DNA of 64,000 nt, from the sequence record ON568341.1, one strand, 5' to 3'. Source of the stretch: Escherichia phage UE-S1. Every line of letters starts with the position of its first letter. Position 1 is the first letter of the stretch. The notes beneath the pieces were generated by a model. The model searched no databases. It was given only the letters and a program-made list of their open reading frames with translations, and was not told the origin of the DNA. A program made the translations under genes and the position numbers. Below, piece by piece: positions 60,372 to 64,000 of this stretch.

Positions 60372-60854
60372 ATGGCTAATGTAAAATCATTTCTGAAAGC
60401 ACTGATTTCTAACGACACTGCTATTGCGGCTGAATTGCTGGCGGATCTGGATAGCGATACCATGAAAGCAGTACGCAACAATTTTAACATTGCGTACAGT
60501 GAAGCTAAAGAACTGCAAGCCAAAAAGATAGCAGAACTGGAAGAACAGAAAAAAGCCCGTGAAGAAGAACTACAAGCAACGATTGAAAGTATTCAGGCGG
60601 CGGTTGCAGGGTTGGATCTGGAAGTAGTTATTGAAATGGCACATAAAGCACTGGCAGTTAAGTACGGGGAAGATAAGCCAGTAACTAAACCTAAAAAATG
60701 GATTCAGGAACGCGTAACGGTTGTTCTTGATAATGGCGAGGAACATTTAATTCCCGTGCGTGGTAACTGCATTGCGGTAGTTCTGGATGCTATCAAAGAA
60801 AGCGGATTGACTCGCGAGGAATGGATCGAAGCTCACCGCAAAATTGAAGCATAA
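60372..60854 (+). CDS. hypothetical protein (predicted coiled coil)
   Basis: Track ORF trimmed to ATG after GAGGA; promoter TTGACA..TAGAAT upstream. Confidence 0.55.
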   Translation: MANVKSFLKALISNDTAIAAELLADLDSDTMKAVRNNFNIAYSEAKELQAKKIAELEEQKKAREEELQATIESIQAAVAGLDLEVVIEMAHKALAVKYGEDKPVTKPKKWIQERVTVVLDNGEEHLIPVRGNCIAVVLDAIKESGLTREEWIEAHRKIEA

Positions 60855-60875
60855 CAATTAAAGTACTGAATCACT

Positions 60876-60902
60876 AGCCCACTTCTTATAGTGGGCTTTT
60901 TT
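60876..60902 (+). terminator. intrinsic terminator
   Basis: AGCCCAC-TTCTTATA-GTGGGCT plus T6. Confidence 0.65.
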
Positions 60903-61129
60903 GTGTTTATCGTTTACCAGTCCACTAGCACCGCCTAGAATCGATTCTAACGCATTAAACTGATTATCTGATGAATAGCCCTAGCTGGTGGCGTTAATGC
61001 CGTTAGAAAGCGATTGAGGACGTTTAAAGTATTTTGCAAAAAGTAATAAAAAGTACTTGCACGATTAAGAGATTAGAGTATAATTAATTACATCAAGACA
61101 AGACACCTTAACTAACTGAGGATATAAAG

Positions 61130-61282
61130 ATGAATACTTATGAACTGGATTGTTTCACTTTACAAGTAATGTCAGTATGCAGTAAAAAAGATTGGTCATC
61201 AAAGGAATTTAAAGCAGTTATTGCGTGTGCAAAACACGGCAAGACTATCAATGAAACGGCATCAATCATTGATAAACTTTAA
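61130..61282 (+). CDS. hypothetical small protein (50 aa, below track cut-off)
   Basis: ATG after GAGGATATAAAG; own promoter upstream. Confidence 0.45.
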   Translation: MNTYELDCFTLQVMSVCSKKDWSSKEFKAVIACAKHGKTINETASIIDKL

Positions 61283-61290
61283 AAAATAGT

Positions 61291-61319
61291 TTGACAATAG
61301 TTTTAAGTACTGCGATAAT
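61291..61319 (+). promoter_or_regulatory. early-type promoter (TTGACA-17-GATAAT)
   Basis: TTGACAATAGTTTTAAGTACTGCGATAAT. Confidence 0.5.
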
Positions 61320-61354
61320 ACATACATCAACTACTGAATAGGAATAAAAAAACA

Positions 61355-61582
61355 ATGGCTATCATCATTACTTACGTATCTGGTACTACTGGCACTGCTT
61401 CAACTGTTGCTGTAATTACTAATAAGAAAGGAGCGGAATTACATTTTGCAATGGATAATTGGGCCGTGAAGGAGTTCGGACCGTGGGCAAGTGTAGCATA
61501 CATTGAAACCTATCAAGTGCCATCGATTAGCTTAACTGATTTAGGTGTAGATCGAATCTTATGCCTGGATGAATTAATTTAA
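61355..61582 (+). CDS. hypothetical protein (75 aa)
   Basis: Track ORF. Confidence 0.5.
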   Translation: MAIIITYVSGTTGTASTVAVITNKKGAELHFAMDNWAVKEFGPWASVAYIETYQVPSISLTDLGVDRILCLDELI

Positions 61583-61668
61583 AAAAGTACTTGCAAAGTA
61601 AATCGAATAAAGTATAATACATTACATCAAGGGGAGAAAATGGTTCTCCCCACTAAGAGGAAACTAAT

Positions 61669-61812
61669 ATGAAAACTTGTCAATGTGGTAAAAAATCTAT
61701 TACTGGTTTGAAACGGGGCGTTGCACTTTGCCAGTACCATTATAATTTACAAGTATGGGGTAAAGAATGGGCCGATCAAGTGGAAGCAATTAAGAAAGCA
61801 AAAAGTAAGTAA
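61669..61812 (+). CDS. Cys-rich small protein (47 aa), possible zinc ribbon
   Basis: MKTCQCGKK...ALCQYHYN; promoter, GGGGAGAAAATGGTTCTCCCC hairpin and AGAGGA RBS upstream. Confidence 0.45.
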   Translation: MKTCQCGKKSITGLKRGVALCQYHYNLQVWGKEWADQVEAIKKAKSK

Positions 61813-61893
61813 AAATATTATCACAGTACTATTGACATAGATTGATAGTACTGGCATAATAGATTTTATCAAGACAACTAAGAGGAAATTAAA

Positions 61894-62238
61894 ATGGCTA
61901 ACATCAATACTATAGCAGCACAAAATATTAACCTGTCTTCTGTTGAAGTTGTACACATTGCCGCCCGGCGTTGGTTCCAGGCGTCTTATGGTAATACTTA
62001 TTTCTCTTTAACGGTAGATGTTGAAATCAATGGCGAATTTATTGAAGTAGTAAACGTGCCGTTCCAATATGGCTACGGGGATCATTTTGACACTGTAGCA
62101 ATGGAAGAATTTAGCAAGGTTATTAATATGGAAGGTAAAGAGTTTTTACGCGGTTCTTATCTTTCCCGTTTTTGCCGTGATAATAATATTACTGTTTATA
62201 GTTCTGTTAGTGATGTTAAACGCAAAAAAGATCTTTAA
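61894..62238 (+). CDS. hypothetical protein (114 aa)
   Basis: Track ORF; promoter TTGACA..CATAAT upstream, AGAGGA RBS. Confidence 0.55.
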   Translation: MANINTIAAQNINLSSVEVVHIAARRWFQASYGNTYFSLTVDVEINGEFIEVVNVPFQYGYGDHFDTVAMEEFSKVINMEGKEFLRGSYLSRFCRDNNITVYSSVSDVKRKKDL

Positions 62239-62318
62239 TTAGCTTTACTTTATGCAGATACTTTGATATAGTGTCTGCATAGGGGAAAGAAATTAAATCA
62301 ACTTAAGAGGATAGTAAA

Positions 62319-62588
62319 ATGAAAAATATCAGTACTTTAATCGATGCAGGCACACATGTTCGTCGGTCTATGGTTGCAACCAGTTCTACAAAACAAGTAG
62401 CGAGCGGTTATCTTGTATTTGTGCACGATGGAAAACTCCTGGAACGTTCAATCAATTTTGATGTTAAAAACAATTGCCGTTTTATTATCTTTAAGCGTGA
62501 GCAATATAAAATTGATTTACCAGCAAAGCCCATTAGTGGGGCGTACAACGTGCAATCATTGTTTGAGCGTCAACCATACACCTATTAA
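62319..62588 (+). CDS. hypothetical protein (89 aa)
   Basis: Track ORF after hairpin and AGAGGA RBS. Confidence 0.55.
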   Translation: MKNISTLIDAGTHVRRSMVATSSTKQVASGYLVFVHDGKLLERSINFDVKNNCRFIIFKREQYKIDLPAKPISGAYNVQSLFERQPYTY

Positions 62589-62639
62589 TCAAAACAACGT
62601 TAGCGGTCGATTTAGGCCGCTTATACTGGGGATTATATA

Positions 62640-62810
62640 ATGAATACTAATCAAGTACTGAACGAGATTGAAAGCATCATTAAACCGATGAAGCGTACTG
62701 ATGCAATGTTAACACCGGAAGAATGCCGCTTATATGAGCGTTACAGCGTCGAACAAGTCCAGGCAATGGCCCGTATCCGTCCGGTTGCCAGTACTGATAA
62801 GGCGGCGTAA
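62640..62810 (+). CDS. hypothetical small protein (56 aa, below track cut-off)
   Basis: ATG after GGGG; followed by TAATATG-coupled next gene. Confidence 0.4.
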   Translation: MNTNQVLNEIESIIKPMKRTDAMLTPEECRLYERYSVEQVQAMARIRPVASTDKAA

Positions 62811-62811
62811 T

Positions 62812-63021
62812 ATGCTTACTGTACAGGATAAGATCGACATCTTAAAGGTTAATATGTATGTGATTGATGCCGTACCTGGTAAAGTATTTGCATACGATGA
62901 CACCACTGTAAGCAATTTCTACTATAGCCAGGACGTGGGGGATCTTTCTGTACAGTCGGTTATTGAAAATGTAGTTAATGCAGCGTATGAGCATTTACTT
63001 TCAAATAGTACTTGCAATTAG
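62812..63021 (+). CDS. hypothetical protein
   Basis: Track ORF 62734 trimmed to ATG coupled to upstream stop. Confidence 0.45.
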   Translation: MLTVQDKIDILKVNMYVIDAVPGKVFAYDDTTVSNFYYSQDVGDLSVQSVIENVVNAAYEHLLSNSTCN

Positions 63022-63090
63022 TTTTCAGTACTGTATAATGTTTTACATGAAGGGGAGAAATAGTACTCCCCACTAATTAAGGAATATGAA

Positions 63091-63237
63091 ATGAAAGCAT
63101 CAAAAAAGAGTAATACTAAGAAAGCATGTTCACCTTTCGCTGGGGTATTCCCTTTACGTTTCGTTGATGAAGTGGTTTCCTACCCGCCGGGCCTTACTCC
63201 TGAGATGGTAGAAAGTTTGCGTAAATCTAAAAAATAA
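63091..63237 (+). CDS. hypothetical small protein (48 aa, below track cut-off)
   Basis: Promoter, GGGGAGAAATAGTACTCCCC hairpin and AAGGAA RBS upstream. Confidence 0.45.
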   Translation: MKASKKSNTKKACSPFAGVFPLRFVDEVVSYPPGLTPEMVESLRKSKK

Positions 63238-63318
63238 TACTTGCAATTAGTTTTTAGTACTGTATAATGTTTTACATGAAGGGGAGAAATGATTCTCCCC
63301 AAGAACAGGAGAAACAAA

Positions 63319-63471
63319 ATGAAACAATACAACGCTCGGTTTGATGTTACTATCGGCAACGGCAAAGGTCAATTCTCTTTCAGTACTCGTAAGAGTTATA
63401 CAGAAAACTTCTTGCGTAATTGTGCACTGACCGCCGCACAAATTAAACATTATTTTCAGGCTAAAAAATGA
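63319..63471 (+). CDS. hypothetical small protein (50 aa)
   Basis: Track ORF 63289 trimmed to ATG after AGGAGA; promoter and hairpin upstream. Confidence 0.5.
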   Translation: MKQYNARFDVTIGNGKGQFSFSTRKSYTENFLRNCALTAAQIKHYFQAKK

Positions 63472-63557
63472 AATCATTAGCTTATTATAGTTCGGCCCTG
63501 GTCGGTGCATTGATCGCGGCATTGTTAGTAGCTTATCTATTCTTTATGGTGATTTAA
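63468..63557 (+). CDS. possible 29-aa hydrophobic micro-protein
   Basis: ATGA overlap with previous stop; single TM-like helix. Confidence 0.3.
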   Translation: MKSLAYYSSALVGALIAALLVAYLFFMVI

Positions 63558-63695
63558 ATGAATCCTAACGGTATAATTTACAGTACTCCTAAAACGAAAG
63601 CAGATAAAGCTAAAGCACGTAAAGCGAAAGTAAAGGAATACATCAAGCAAGGCATGACACGAAAGGCGGCGATTCTAAAAGCTAAAAATAAATGA
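63558..63695 (+). CDS. hypothetical small basic protein (45 aa)
   Basis: ATG directly after previous stop (TAAATG); K/A-rich; followed by terminator. Confidence 0.4.
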   Translation: MNPNGIIYSTPKTKADKAKARKAKVKEYIKQGMTRKAAILKAKNK

Positions 63696-63702
63696 AAAAA
63701 GT

Positions 63703-63726
63703 GGTTGACTTCGGTCAGCCATTTTG
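63703..63726 (+). terminator. intrinsic terminator (weaker T-run)
   Basis: GGTTGAC-TTCG-GTCAGCC then ATTTTG. Confidence 0.55.
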
Positions 63727-63916
63727 CTATTATATAATCATTGAGAGATAGCTCACTAGCCCACGGGGTGCGGGAGTGTATCTATTATATAAGCATTGAG
63801 TACTGAAAACTATTTTAAAAGTATTTGCAGAAAGTACTTGCAAACTATCTCAATTGGCGTATAATGTTTTACATCGCAAGGGGAAACGGTTTCCCCTAGT
63901 AATAAGGAATAAAATC

Positions 63917-64000
63917 ATGACTATTGCAATTGTACAATCTAACTTTGAAAATGAAATCATCGCCCAAGCACTGCGTTTAAATGATGGTCGGGCCGAAATT
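63917..64000 (+). CDS. hypothetical protein, 5-prime partial (runs off window)
   Basis: Promoter TTGCAA..TATAAT, GGGGAAACGGTTTCCCC hairpin, AAGGAA RBS, ATG at 63917. Confidence 0.5.
   Translation, partial: MTIAIVQSNFENEIIAQALRLNDGRAEI

Noticed and set aside
55570-64000. Possibility that the regularly recurring promoter-hairpin units form a CRISPR array
   Set aside because: Units are spaced by 150-700 bp of protein-coding sequence, differ in sequence, and contain promoter hexamers; no short uniform spacers.

Overview
The window reads as a stretch of a large, AT-rich virulent tailed-phage genome; no integrase, transposase, rRNA or CRISPR array is visible. The plus strand carries dense runs of small, mostly unannotatable early-type genes, a tRNA cluster beside an HNH homing endonuclease, and a clear homologue of T4 endonuclease V (denV, 33856-34371). 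I also propose a sigma-70-like protein, a kinase-fold protein and a P-loop NTPase from motifs. The most striking feature is on the minus strand at 39481-50024: nine tandem genes that share a near-identical 13-residue N-terminus (MLPFGRMVKYGNI) but have divergent RCC1-like beta-propeller or glycine-rich bodies, each gene separated from the next by a hairpin and a conserved leader. Other paralogue arrays are a run of 14 translationally coupled ~60-aa genes (50121-53598), eight small membrane proteins (35967-38747) and three more (30347-31382). A 2-kb ORF-free region with iteron-like repeats (53600-55660) separates these from a visibly GC-richer block (55600-64000) in which almost every small gene has its own sigma-70-type promoter followed by a GGGGAG...CTCCCC stem-loop, resembling the promoter-early-stem-loop (PeSL) cassettes described in T4-type phages. 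All calls are by eye from sequence and motif recall; no searches or folding were run, and GC statements are impressions, not computed values.
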